DNA of 64,000 nucleotides, taken from the NCBI GenBank assembly GCA_010909165.1, contig MU008190.1:1-64000 (forward strand), given 5' to 3'. The notes under the pieces were generated by a model. That model saw only the letters and a program-made list of their open reading frames with translations, searched no databases and was not told the origin of the DNA. A program made the translations under genes and the position numbers. Shown here one piece after another: positions 32,561-44,565 of the stretch (within the stretch, counting starts at the first letter, position 1; the number at the start of each line of letters is the position of its first letter). This DNA is from Anthoceros angustus (lineage: Eukaryota > Plantae > Anthocerotophyta).

Positions 32561-35500
32561 TCATATTTGGAGTTTGGAGATGGACGAAGCAGGCTCCAAT
32601 GCAGGGCCTCTCCGCATCTGAGGTGGTAAGCAGACTGTGGGCAAGCCAGTTACTACAAACGGAGCTATTTGATGGAGGGTGTACTTCCCAGCCTGGTGCA
32701 TCTTGATCATGGCAGATTGCAAGGCCGAGCAGGCGTCCTCACCTTGGCTTAGTGCCTCGTAAAACAGAACCATGAGATGCACAGCGGCACTATCATCTAC
32801 ACGCCATTGAGCCAGAACAGAACAGGGAACTCCTGCGTTCATGAATGCCCGACTGAAGCTCAGGACATCGAGCTCGTTGAAGTCAGGGGTTACTCCAACA
32901 GCCGTGTCACAGGCGCTAAGGACTACCATGTAAGCACACCACTCCGAACCTGACAACATAATATCATCGCAGTGCAAGCTGCCTCCGACATCTGAGCTGT
33001 GTAATCCGCGAAGAAGTCGAGGACGAAAGCTGTCCAAGCCTTCCGCTGCGGTATCCGACTCAAAAGCCTTTTGCCGCAACATGTGGTGCCAAAAAGGTAG
33101 GGCATCTGAGGAGACCCAAGCCTCAGGTTCATAGCTCTCTTCATCCGAGGACGTAGATCCCTCGTCATCCCTCATTACCTGAAGCTTGCCCTGTGCTGCT
33201 CGGCGTCTCCTTTTGCTACGGGTGGCAGCTGAGGCCAAGCGGAGAGTCCCGTGATCAGATTCCTTGCCACCGGAGCCGTGTGCTGCGATATGGATGAAGG
33301 CTTGGCTGCATTGGGTGCCACTTCCCACACCTGAGGGCTTCTTCGCCCACTCCAACAGCCTTTCTACCGTAGCATCATCATCCAACAGCTTCACAATCTC
33401 ATGGTCAGGGCTACAAAAATCGAACAGCTCGCATATGGCGTCCACTTCCTTCCGACTTCCCGGCAACGAACTTTCTTGGTAAGGCAAGTATTGAGGATCT
33501 CCCAAGGCCACTGCAGCCCCTGCACCGGCAAGCAAGGTCCTCCCTTGGAGTGACTCATACCGCAACTGACACAAGTCGAGGACCAGGAAAGATGGTGTGA
33601 AGGTCAGTTTCGCCTCTTGGAAAAGGTAGCAGCCAGAGTCTTTGTTCCTGAGAATGCTGAAAGGCACGTCCTGGAAACAGCCAACCGCGGAGATAACCAA
33701 CTTGCGATGCGGGTTCCAATTCCAGTCCCGAATGAAGCTGCGGAAGAGTGGCCTGATGAGCAGGTCGTACAACGTCTCCAGGGCATTTCTGCAGCAGTCA
33801 CTCTCAAGCTTCCTCTCAAGACAAGCATCAAAAATTTCCCGGACATTTTGTAGAACACTGTCCCTGTCAATCCGCTCCAATCTGTGGCACGAGGCCACAC
33901 CTGCATCCTGCACCACAATGCACACGTCCGACATCCCTAAACCCTTGGCCGGGTCCAGCAGCTGAAAACCTCCTGCGAACTGCACAAACACTGCACCAGG
34001 CCCGCACGCCCGGTGGGCTCGTTCCATCCATTTCCAGTCGATGTTGGGCCAGAATTCCTTTCGTTTGTGATTCCTAGCACTCTCGAGAGACAGTAAAGCT
34101 TGGCGGGCAACCGCACCAAGTGCCGCTTCTGCGTTTGGCGCCAAAAGCTTCAAGACGGTGTCCGCCACGGCATGAATGGTAAATAGCAGGGAGTATGGAA
34201 GCCACGGACCGCTAAAATTCATCTTGTTGTCATGACTCAACAGTGACAATGAGGCACAAGACTGCTTGTAGCATTCCCAGAATGCCTCCAGCACAGCCTT
34301 GCTGGGGCTCAATGCAGGCACAACAGAGGGGATGAACGTAGCAGGACCCGAGAATCCACAAACAGCCCAAACTGTCCGAATGAAGGAATTGGCAAGAGAC
34401 GTAGGTGACAGGAACCCCCCGTGCGCAACAGCAAATGCGTGGAGCCTATCAACCCTGTCGAGGTCAACAACCATGTTGTCCATATCTCTCCCGCTTAGAC
34501 CAATACAACTGCCCCTAATCCTTTCCTCCAACAGCCTCACCGCGTCGTGACCATAAGGGGTAGCAGCGGCAAGACATGTCTCAAATGCTTCCAGCCCCTC
34601 CTCGACCTGACCGAAGTGGACTATTAATTGCACTGCTCGTAGCAGAAGGCAAGCAAGCGCATACCGGGCTTGCTCTGGCCCAATCTGAGGTACTAGGACC
34701 TCTGGCTTAATCTCAGGTACTAATTCCTTGAGCTGCCAACCTGTCCTGCGTCTTTCTGCCAAATATTCCAGTATCTCCAACTTCAGGTATAGCATGAACC
34801 GGAGCTGAAGATCAATCTGTTGAACCTCGTTCAATACTTTGTCAGACACCTGGTTACTCAACTCGGCCCGACCGAACCATGTTAAGTACTCCGCCTGGAC
34901 AGTGAGGACCTTCAGTCTGACAAGTAGCCAGTGCTCATGGTCCCGCGGAACAGCTCTTTCAGCGCGTTGAAGCCAATACAGACACCTGTTTCCAACCTGG
35001 CTCATGTCAGCAATGCCATAGCTAACGTTTCCTGTCCCCCCATAGCTAAGACGGGGGGTATAAATGTCGCAGGTGGCAACACGCAGAAAACAAGCTTCAA
35101 AACCTCTCCAGTAATCTGGCCCTTCAAAATTTTCAACAGCCTCCGTTTCTCGGCCGCAGGAGAGGAGTGATATTCGACGGAGCATGTCGAGTGCCTGTTT
35201 CGTCCGCTTCAACATTGGAGGCCACGAGGAATGCACGCTTTCCCACCTGTCGCTGATGGTCCGCATCGCCTCTGAGTCTGAGCCATGACCCACCTGGGAC
35301 ATGGGGGCCCAAAGGATGGGCGCATATGCCTCCTGGCTACAATCCCGAAGCATGGCATGCTGCAGCAGTAGGGTTTCAACCCAAGTGAAGGCCCACAAAA
35401 CTTTCATCGTAACGAAAGACCTGACCATCGCCTCGGCCAGCTCCGAGCTTGCAGAACATATGACGAGGTCGACGGCCCGCTCCACTAGCAGTAATAGGTC

Positions 35501-35881
35501 ACGCAAATTCTGGCACACATCCAAAAATGAGTCCTCTTCGTCTCCACACGCGATGAGCTCGTCAGCTAGCACATGGAGACGATGCATCACCCACCCTTCA
35601 AGTCCCGGTGACAATGCTTCCAACATAGGCTTGAGCTCCGCTGCCGGTGGCCGCACAATCCACAGGCCCTCACCATGGTCCCAAAACTTGTCCCAAACAC
35701 CATCAAGGTCCCAAAACTTCTCTTCTGAAGGGTAGTCCTCGATGCAGAGAGAGACATACAAGAGTAGAGGAACTTCCCTCAGTTCCTCGACGGCCGTAAG
35801 AACCCTATGGCGCCCTCCGAATGCGAACACCTTACCCGGGCCCCTGCCAAGATTCACCTCTACTCCAGTTGGAAACTCCAT
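32561..35881 (-). CDS. CHAT-domain (caspase/HetF-like, clan CD) cysteine protease with a long helical N-terminal region, ~1106 aa, intronless
   Basis: ATG at 35881 in a gccATGG context. CHAT motifs LYDLLIRPL, VPFSIL, TFTPS, ALGDP, LPGSRKEVDAI, DATVE, FIHIAAHG (His), MVVLSACDTAVG (Cys), SRAFMNAGV, QWRVDD, FYEAL, ALQSAM, APFVVTG. Confidence 0.9.
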   Translation of the reverse strand: MEFPTGVEVNLGRGPGKVFAFGGRHRVLTAVEELREVPLLLYVSLCIEDYPSEEKFWDLDGVWDKFWDHGEGLWIVRPPAAELKPMLEALSPGLEGWVMHRLHVLADELIACGDEEDSFLDVCQNLRDLLLLVERAVDLVICSASSELAEAMVRSFVTMKVLWAFTWVETLLLQHAMLRDCSQEAYAPILWAPMSQVGHGSDSEAMRTISDRWESVHSSWPPMLKRTKQALDMLRRISLLSCGRETEAVENFEGPDYWRGFEACFLRVATCDIYTPRLSYGGTGNVSYGIADMSQVGNRCLYWLQRAERAVPRDHEHWLLVRLKVLTVQAEYLTWFGRAELSNQVSDKVLNEVQQIDLQLRFMLYLKLEILEYLAERRRTGWQLKELVPEIKPEVLVPQIGPEQARYALACLLLRAVQLIVHFGQVEEGLEAFETCLAAATPYGHDAVRLLEERIRGSCIGLSGRDMDNMVVDLDRVDRLHAFAVAHGGFLSPTSLANSFIRTVWAVCGFSGPATFIPSVVPALSPSKAVLEAFWECYKQSCASLSLLSHDNKMNFSGPWLPYSLLFTIHAVADTVLKLLAPNAEAALGAVARQALLSLESARNHKRKEFWPNIDWKWMERAHRACGPGAVFVQFAGGFQLLDPAKGLGMSDVCIVVQDAGVASCHRLERIDRDSVLQNVREIFDACLERKLESDCCRNALETLYDLLIRPLFRSFIRDWNWNPHRKLVISAVGCFQDVPFSILRNKDSGCYLFQEAKLTFTPSFLVLDLCQLRYESLQGRTLLAGAGAAVALGDPQYLPYQESSLPGSRKEVDAICELFDFCSPDHEIVKLLDDDATVERLLEWAKKPSGVGSGTQCSQAFIHIAAHGSGGKESDHGTLRLASAATRSKRRRRAAQGKLQVMRDDEGSTSSDEESYEPEAWVSSDALPFWHHMLRQKAFESDTAAEGLDSFRPRLLRGLHSSDVGGSLHCDDIMLSGSEWCAYMVVLSACDTAVGVTPDFNELDVLSFSRAFMNAGVPCSVLAQWRVDDSAAVHLMVLFYEALSQGEDACSALQSAMIKMHQAGKYTLHQIAPFVVTGLPTVCLPPQMRRGPALEPASSISKLQI

Positions 35882-36170
35882 GGCAACCCGTCTGTAGACG
35901 TAAGGCCAGTAGCTGAAGGTGGAGCTCGTAGACGGTACCACGAACCAGAGAATGGAGGTCTTTCTTGCATCCTAAAACTGAGGACTGCCTTGCAAGTCCA
36001 GGCACCGACCTGTATTTCTGAACCCAGTTGCTCCCCCTGTTGACGTGGGCCACGCGCTTCTGCCCTGGCCGGCAGATGCTTCTATACACGCTACCCCTCT
36101 GGCTGACGCTGACAAGAAAATGTATAGTTGCCGTACATTAGCGGCACCAAGTCCATCTAGGCAGTAGGTT

Positions 36171-36283
36171 TAAAGCTCCATCCTCATTGTAGAACAGCCA
36201 GACAGCCTCGAAGGCTGTCCCTCAGTTTCCATCACCTTGGGCTCAAGGCTGTCCGACTGTTCTACAATGAGGATGGAGCTTTA
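36171..36283 (-). ncRNA. Long hairpin (candidate miRNA/siRNA precursor or 5'UTR structure)
   Basis: 27-bp perfect inverted repeat (36171-36197 / 36257-36283) extended by gacagcct/aggctgtc; the intervening mismatches become G-U pairs on the minus strand. Confidence 0.45.
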
Positions 36284-39200
36284 CTGAAATGGCGTCCGAC
36301 ATGGGCGACCACGATGCGGACAACCCTAGCTACCATGGACATCACCAGGAGTTTCACCTGGGAGCCTTCTTTGCTGTTGAGCCACCACCCACGCACTCTA
36401 CCAAGCCTGACATTTCTAATGTCTCACTGGAACTGTAAGACATCCAGACCTTGGCCACGGAAAGCTGAAGGCCCACCTCACGAGCTTGGAACATGTAGTG
36501 ACAAGACTCTGATCAGTAGAGTTCCACCTATGCAACAGCTGGTCGTTGGAGTATGCCCGTGGCACTCCAGCCACATTGATTCTTTCATTCGTGAATATTC
36601 AGCAGCACTGAGAATCAAACTCTTGGAAATGTCGCAAGTTATCCAGTGACTTTTAATGTCATGGTATGCATACGTATTGAGGAGGTGGAGTCTATGGCCC
36701 GATTGGTCCAGTTGTGCGTGGAATTGTGCCCTCTGCAAGGCAGACGAACAATGAGTGGGCATGGAGTGTCAGGTGACCATGCCGGACGCTCAGCTGTAGG
36801 TTGGGATGACTGATGCTTCATGCTTCTATTTTTCTGAAGACTCATAGAAGGTGGGTTTTGTGTGTTTTTTCACCTTGGTATCCGCATATCAAAGGAACCG
36901 GAAGTCAAACTGTAAATCTGTTTGTAACCTGCATCTTGGGCTTTGTAGGTGGCGGATTACGGAAATCAGTGGAGGTAATTACCTATATAATAATTTGAAT
37001 ATTAAATAATTTTAGATATTACAAGTATTTTCTAGATAAGATACGTTCTTATTGAGATAGAAGTTAATATGCAATCATTGAGCTCTAGTACCAAGTGGGC
37101 AGTTTCTTTCCTCTTTCCTCACATGTAGTCTGTGGTAACATTACAATATTATTGTTTCATACTAGATGACCTTGGTAGTCATTTTAGAGCATAAATATGT
37201 AGACCTTCTCCAAAGGTAACATATTTTACTTTAACATGTTTCGTTTGTGGTACATTACAACATAATCGTTTCATACTAGACAATCTTTGTAGTCCTTTCA
37301 AACCATAAACCAGCTAAGCCTTCTTGAAACTAATAACATCAAGCACTTAGACCTTCTTGAAAATGACTAAGATCATGTTCATAAACCATCTTGAAAAACG
37401 ACTCACATCATGAAGTTATTAGTGTATATGGATTGTATCTCCTAGTATTTATTTGTGCATATTATTATTTTGTATATAGCAAGTAATCATGGTGTTGAAT
37501 TGTGCATGTTGTTAGGGATATCAAAAAATGATCAATTATCATTATGTTACAATTGCTTTGCTGTTATCAATCTTCCTTGCTTTCCTTATCAACCATCCAA
37601 AACCTTCAAATAAATATGAATAGGAAAGTAACAAACTTGTACTTTTGGAACGTTTCTCATAGAAACAAAAATTGAATTTGGAAGTAGCAAACTTATAGTT
37701 CCAAACCTTCCTCTCTCTACTCTTATTCTTACAATCCAAAATCCAAATTAACGATGTAGGGTTTAGGGTTCGTAAGACCCAAAAAGATAAACCCTAAATG
37801 CTCTATTATCATTAAATTCACCCCTTTTATATTAGGTACCGCAGGGCCTTCCTATTTTCGATGGAAAAATAATTATTTTTAAATTTAATCATTTTATTTT
37901 GTTAATTAATTATTAAAATTTTAAAATATTAATTTCATATAAACTCAAAATGCTTCCAGCCAGGGTATCCAAAAGCCATCCCTGATCTCACGAGCTCTGG
38001 CTATAGCTGCCAGATCTGCACCAACTACCTATGTGGCTATGTGGTGCTCTCCCTTTGGAAATAGCAAATAGTCGAGGGTAAAAAAGAGCACCCTCGTTGC
38101 ACAGCATGTTGGTGTTGTGTTAGGATCTTTGTTGGGTCTCCCGGTTGTGCTTCACCTACACCAGCTATCCCTGCCTACCATGTAATTTTACATCTGGAGC
38201 AATTGCAGTTGGTGTGTGGCTGACATCAAAATTATAGAAGTAGGGTCCTCTCTTCAAGGAGTGATATGGGTTCTTTGGAACTCCAGAGTCCAGCGTCCTT
38301 GGGAGGGATTAATACTCAGATGGGGTGCTACGCATTCCCCAGTCCTCAGCTACAAATCATGCCCTTAGTCTCCGCAGCCCTCCATATTGCAAACTCCAGT
38401 TGTTAGAGACCTTCGGAGTTACTCTGGGCCAAAAAAACTCCCAGTGCCGTACATCAATGTATATTTTGTAATCTCCATATAAAGTCTCCAAATTCTCTAA
38501 ATAAAAATATATATGTAGGTATTTCTAAACTCCCCATTTGAGTAACTTAGGGTGGGTTAGCATGCTCACATAACTTGCCCAAACTTGCCCAAAACCCAGG
38601 CATACGACAGAACGTATTCAATGTCATTTGCCATTCTATTTGCCTGAGCCAGCCAAAACCACCGAGTGTATTTTTAGTGGGTCGTCAAACAACCAAGCTA
38701 CAAGGTTGTTGGGTGACCGGTGCCGAATAGGTACATTTCCGTTAACGGAAGCCGTGCATCATATTAAGGATGGGTGGGATTCGGATTATATAACAAGACC
38801 AAAGACCAACCCTTTAGTTGTGGCCTCACTATTTCGTAGGCGCCCTCATCCCGTGTTCATGCGCTCCACAAGGCGCACTTCACACTTCATATCGTCAGGA
38901 GTCCTCAAGCTTGTCCGCATCTCCAGTGAAGGATGTTCAATATATTGGCCACAGTCGGGCGACCCACTGCACAAGCTACTCAGGACAAAAGAACTGCTTG
39001 TGCTGGAGAGGAGCCACAAGGTGGTGAGCATGAAGAATAACACCCTAAGCTCGTCTGAGGTGAGTGACTTCTTCAACCGTTTCATAGATTAGGACTGATG
39101 GCCATCCTTCCCTTCCACATTGCAGACCATCCCATTGTGTATGGCACCCAGGACCTCAACAATGTCACAGTGGAAGAGAATGATTACCATGGAGGAGCGG

Positions 39201-39619
39201 TTCAAGCAAGAAATCATCTCAATCACGGTAGATTGGATTACTTCATCTGGCTTTGCAACCAAGAGCAAGGTGAGTAGGTCATGTAACTCATTATTTGCCA
39301 TACCACCCATCATGGGCGTCTCATCGAAGCATTACCTGCTGTAATTGAAGAGCGACCGAGATTAAACTGTCATGATGAGCAGCAACACTCCACTAGCTTG
39401 CCCTCTTCACCAAGTGTGGCACAAGGTGGAGAGTATCAAGCGTGGTGGCATCACAATAGTGGTACTCACGGGAGAGACTGAAAATCTCTCCATGACTATT
39501 CTGAGGTGCCAAATACACAACCAAATGTTGAAGAGCCCAGCCAAGGGGCAACCAAGAGACAAAAATCTACAAAAACTACAATTTGTAAGACCAAAGAGGA
39601 GACTCAAAGGTCTGCACCA

Positions 39620-41215
39620 CGTACGAGCAACGAGTCTTTTCTAGGAGGTGACCAGCATCCTGATGCGAAAAAAATGGGATGAAACCCAATTGTTGGTGTT
39701 GGTGGCCATATGTATGCGCAGAGACAATGTCATGAAGTATAGGGGAGAAGAAATTAAAGAGAAAACCACCACTGCAGAAGCGAGATGGCAAGGTGTTGCT
39801 GCAGCTTGTGCTGCACGAGCAATGAGTCTTTCCTAGGAGGTAGCCAACATCCTGATGAGCGAAAAAAATGGGATGAAACCCAATTGTTGGTGTTGGTGGC
39901 CATGCACAGAGACAATATTATGAAGCACAAGGAAGGAGAAACTAAACAGAAAACCACCATTGCAGAAGCGAGATGGCAAGGTGCTGTTGCAACTTGTGCT
40001 GCTTTGAGCGTTTATTGCACCCCAAATCAGTGTAAGGATAAGTGGGAATCGTGCATGACTGACTTGAATGAGATTGCTGATTGGGAAAGGCCTGGTGCTC
40101 ATTCAGGCAAGAGTTCGTTTTGAAGTATGGATAAGACACAACGAGAAGCCCACAGGTTACCAACATCATTCTTCCAGAGTGTGTATGATGCCATCGCAAC
40201 ATTCATGACTACAAAGCCCTGGATGGATGTGGGACCATGGACTCTAGCAAGCCTCCTTCTAGCAATTCTGGCGATGTGTCTGAAGACTTTGAGTTGTTTG
40301 GGAACAGTGGGGTGGCTTTAGGGATACATCAACAACAACGGCATCTGCCAAAGCTAGAATCAAAAGAACAACAAGGAACGGTAACGCCATGATAGCTTTA
40401 TTGTCAAAATTAGAGAGGAATAATGTTTAGGTTGTGTCTATTGCAAAACGGCCGAAGATCAACGGCATGTCCGACATGTTGGCAAGATGGTCATTGAGCG
40501 TGAGAAGATGGCAGCATATGCGAAAATTATAGATGAATAAAAAATGTTACATCAAATTGAGGCAGGAAAGGGAGAAGTCACAGCATTCACTGAGATCTCG
40601 GCTTCCATCAGAAGCTTAGGGGTCTCAATAGTGGAAGCCGCATGTATAAGAAGGGCTGAAGCATTGCATCACACAGCTCACATAACATCCGTCTCAATTC
40701 AATGGTTTTCTTCCTCCCATAAGTGTTGCATCAAAAGAGCTTGTAAACGGTGACTTTTGGGGCTGGCAAGTGGCACTGCTCATAGTCCTGGCCCATTCCG
40801 AGAGATGAGGTTGTCATCATTAGGATGAAGCAACCGGGGGTTCAACTAGTCACCTTGGGTAATCCGTATGTTGTGTAGCATACAACATATGTAGACGCTT
40901 AACTGAAGTGTTCGACATTGCCGTTCCAAAATTTTTGTCCTAAAATGTGCCAAACATTCTTCAAAGTACCAAATGCACCTTCACCAACCATTCTTGTAAT
41001 AGAGTGTTTAAAGTTGAATGAGTCCAGCTCTCGTGAGTGACCATGTCCTGAGTATGGTATGATTAGCCAAGTGAGAAGAGGGTACCCAACATAACCAATG
41101 ATATACTCTCGAATATCATGACCACTATTGTCAACTATTGCTACCCCACATAAACCTGTGTCCAGCATTGGCCAAGTGAGAGAATCCACTATTGCACAAA
41201 ATGCGCATGTCATTC
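39620..41215. mobile_element. Degenerate PIF/Harbinger element: Myb/SANT (trihelix-like) ORF on + and DDE transposase fragment on -
   Basis: + strand: RKKWDETQLLVLV...ARWQGAVATC...PNQCKDKWES...LPTSFFQSVYDAI, with a stop and a ~190-nt tandem duplication at 39622-40002. - strand: YIIGYVGYPLLTWLIIPY...FNFKHSITRMVGEGAFGTLKNVWHIL. Confidence 0.85.
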
Positions 41216-43209
41216 GCAGCTCTAGGCCTGATGAAATACTATAATTATTAGGGCACTATTCATTTGGGCTCATATAAATATCTAGAATTAATAATTAATT
41301 AATTTCTAGGGCTAGAAGTAGTTACATTAGTTGATAATTAAGTTATAACAACTAATAACCAACTTTGAACAAGGTATCCTAAGACCTGGAGACAAACCCC
41401 TCTTTTTAGAGACAGAGGTCAAAATTTTACCTTTGAAATGAAATCAAAACATGATTTTGAGGGTATTCTAGAAACAAGGGTCCAAAGACACACATCGCGC
41501 CCGACCCAGGGTTCTTCGAAGCACCATTTCTAGCTTCATCATGCCATTTGATCTTGCAAATAATGGTCTTTGGTTGGATCAAGTTTGATAATACCTGCGT
41601 TTTTAGCACTTTTAAGGACATTTTTCCAAAATCGGGTAGTCTTTTAGAATATGCAAGTTTGTGACAATTTTTGAATATATGTACTAAGTAACAAAGTACA
41701 AACGTGACTAACGTTGTGGATACAATACCTTTGCTTCACATTCTCCTTATTTGCCTGACATCCCCAAACGGTGTTCATAAGTTTGTGGCAACATGAAAGT
41801 TCAACTTCAATATGTCATTCGGTGTCCAAGTGGGAAATTAGATGTATAATTTACCAAAATGTAAACAAATTAATTGCCCTTCTACACATTCGCATTCCGG
41901 AATACATGAAACAATTTGTATTTAAAAACAAAACACTGGCGGACCACCAGGCACCCGACGCCGGGCTGCTTTACTTCAATTATTAAAAGGGTATAGCTTA
42001 ACCATTGGCAAGTGCCGCCACGAAGCGAAAGTCAGAACGGGGGCTATGTGAACGAAAGCCGTTGGCCAAAAACCGGATGTCCGGTGAGCACCAGCCACCC
42101 CGATGCTAAAACTGAAACAATTGAAAACTATGTGCCTCAGGTCGAAGTCCAAAGTGTGTGTAAAGGATTCAACAAAGCCACTGTTATCGATTCTGTGAGC
42201 ATTTGTGGCGCTAAACCAAAACCAGATGTGCGGATCCTAGGCTAGTCTCCTAAGCTGTACATCCTCTATGCTTGAATACGCCACCCAAACAAGGAAACAA
42301 CACTAACAGCATAAATCAGCAGCATCAATAGTGCCAACAACATTACATTTTCTGTAACAGCACCATCAAATACTCGTAATAGAATAGATTTTCAGCAACA
42401 GCAATGACAGCAATATCAGTAGGGACAGCAACATCATTAGGCCAGAAAACCAACTTACCATCATCACTCTGGCTCAGCCTTCACGGTCACTCCCTTCGCT
42501 GTTGCCAATGCCTTCGCAGCAGTTTCTACTGCTGCCATCACCAGGGCAAGTTCCCAATGCCTCTTTTTCGTGGCCCAGACAACGTCTTCAGCATCCAACT
42601 CCTCTTTGAACAACTCCCACATCTCCGGCTTCACTACCAAATACAGTTTAAATATCCGTAGCTCGCTATGAGCTGTCTTCACCTCCTTCCCAGCCAATCT
42701 CAGGCACCTTTAATGTTTATATGAAATTCATATAAACATTATGTACTTTCTATTATGTTCAGTCAATGAATAAGATCCTTTGAGCAAGTCCTTGATTCTC
42801 TTCATGGTATCAGAGTATACTTGCTCTCAACTTGCTCATGCAACTACAAGCATCTAAGGAGCTACTTTAAGAGGCAACACCTAATCTAGGATTTTATAGA
42901 ATGGAGTTTGACTATGCTCGAAATGCTCCCTTTGAATGTATTTCATTTATATACATATTTCTTCTCTGACAATGCAACATTTCCCTTGTCTAATTTCCAT
43001 GGATTTTTTTTATCCCTACGAGAAATAGGCAATGGATTAGCAGAAGACATAGACCTGAAAAACAAGAAGCACAGAGTAGAAGCCATGAGGTTAGAAGCAA
43101 TAAGAAATTTGATGTAATTGATAGAGAAATCAAAAGAACCTCTTATTACATTTTTAGCTTCATTGCCTCTATTCTCATTTCGACGACCTATCTCTATTAG
43201 AGGACCCTT

Positions 43210-44565
43210 AAGTGGCATTTGACATCCTTTCATCCTTGTGGCGTCATCAGGCCACGGTGTGACTCCTCCCTAGCTTTTCTATTAAGCCTGCGGAATGTTG
43301 ATCTGTACATTATGCAGGCATTTGGAGACATTATCGGGCCAGGGATCTTCGAGTGTGCCGCAGCCTTTGCGCAGCTGCAGGCGTCCTTTCCTATCGCTTT
43401 TGGGGACACAGCTCTGCTGGCCATGGAGCCCTCGACGCCGGCGATCTTCCTTGGGAGCTGGGCCCTCTCTGCCCCCGACTTCACCGCTCGTTTTTTAATA
43501 TGAGATGTTCCCATCTTGGAGGCCTTCGTCTCCAGCATTGAGGAGGGGGCCTTCCCTTTGCAAGCTTCCCTTAAGTTGGCCAGGGACTCCCTTTCTTCTG
43601 AGGCTAGGACGGCCATGCCTCCCTTTTCCTCGTTTTCCGTGGAAGGGCTACGTGGCCTTCAGGCCTCTCTCCAAGAGATGCATGTAGTATGGGCAGGCGT
43701 AGCGGGCAATCCTTATGGACTCTACTATTCCCAAGCTCGCTCGTGTCCGCATCCGCCTTTGTGGGGGGGGGAGGCGGGCAAGAGGGGGAAGGTGGCGGCT
43801 GTGCCCTGGCTTCTAGCTCGGCCTTGCATCCGAGCGTTCTGAATCGCACCAACTTCTTTCTCTACTGCGATAAGGTTGTACCTGGGTTTAGTCTAGCCTC
43901 TAGGTTGTTCTCTCTCAACCTGCAGCTATGGGGCCCCCCTCGACGACTCAGGGTCCCACCTGGCTTGCTGTCCAATTGGAGGGCAATGTATCACTACGCA
44001 TGATGCTGTTCGCGATGTCATGTTCTCAATGGCCAAGGAGAGCGGTTATTTTCCATACAGGGAGCGTCCATAAATCCTGCGCAATGGGATGTCGTTCAGG
44101 GCGGATTTATTTCTGATCCGGGGGGACCAAATCTCTGTTGCAGATGTCGTCGTAATGGACCTTACCCGAAACTCCATTTATGAGCACGTCGTTATCAACC
44201 CTCCAGGCTGGGCGGTGGAGGGATCTGCGATTGCCAAGGTACACAAGTACACACCTTTGTAGGATGGCCACGCCTTCATCCCCTCGCCATTGAGACTCAC
44301 GGGGCTATGCGCAAGGATTTTCCCCGGCTCATAAAGGATTGTGCTAAAAACTACCACAGTTGTCGTAGTGGGGTGGGTCTCCCTCTTTCCTCGGTGGTGA
44401 CTTTTTTTTGACAGCAGTATCCATCACCTTGCAGAGGGCGCTGATTAACACTATTTACAGGACGACAACGAGAGCAGGACACGTGGCATCATCAGCACCA
44501 GTTATAGGTAGGCCTTTCTTCATCTTGGACCACGACATAATCGGGTTTCCATCTCTTCTTTTTAA
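43210..44565 (+). mobile_element. CRE-like non-LTR retrotransposon 3' remnant (Zn knuckle plus restriction-like endonuclease)
   Basis: Reading through stops gives PWLLARP...FSTAIRLYLG...TCSYGAPLDDSGSHLACCPIGGQCITTHDAVRDV...FRADL...VADVVV...AKVHKY...FIP. The in-frame stops TGA/TAG/TAA fit C>T decay of CGA/CAG/CAA. Confidence 0.7.

Noticed and set aside
29000-37000. Gasdermin-like or other substrate gene next to the CHAT protease
   Set aside because: No suitable ORF recognised; neighbours are paralogue and PPR fragments.
37755-37800. Interstitial telomere repeats (tagggtttagggtt, aaaccctaaa)
   Set aside because: Only one or two units, which is common background.
38600-39600. Short minus-strand ORFs as a gene
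   Set aside because: Fragmented with no motif recognised; probably TE debris.
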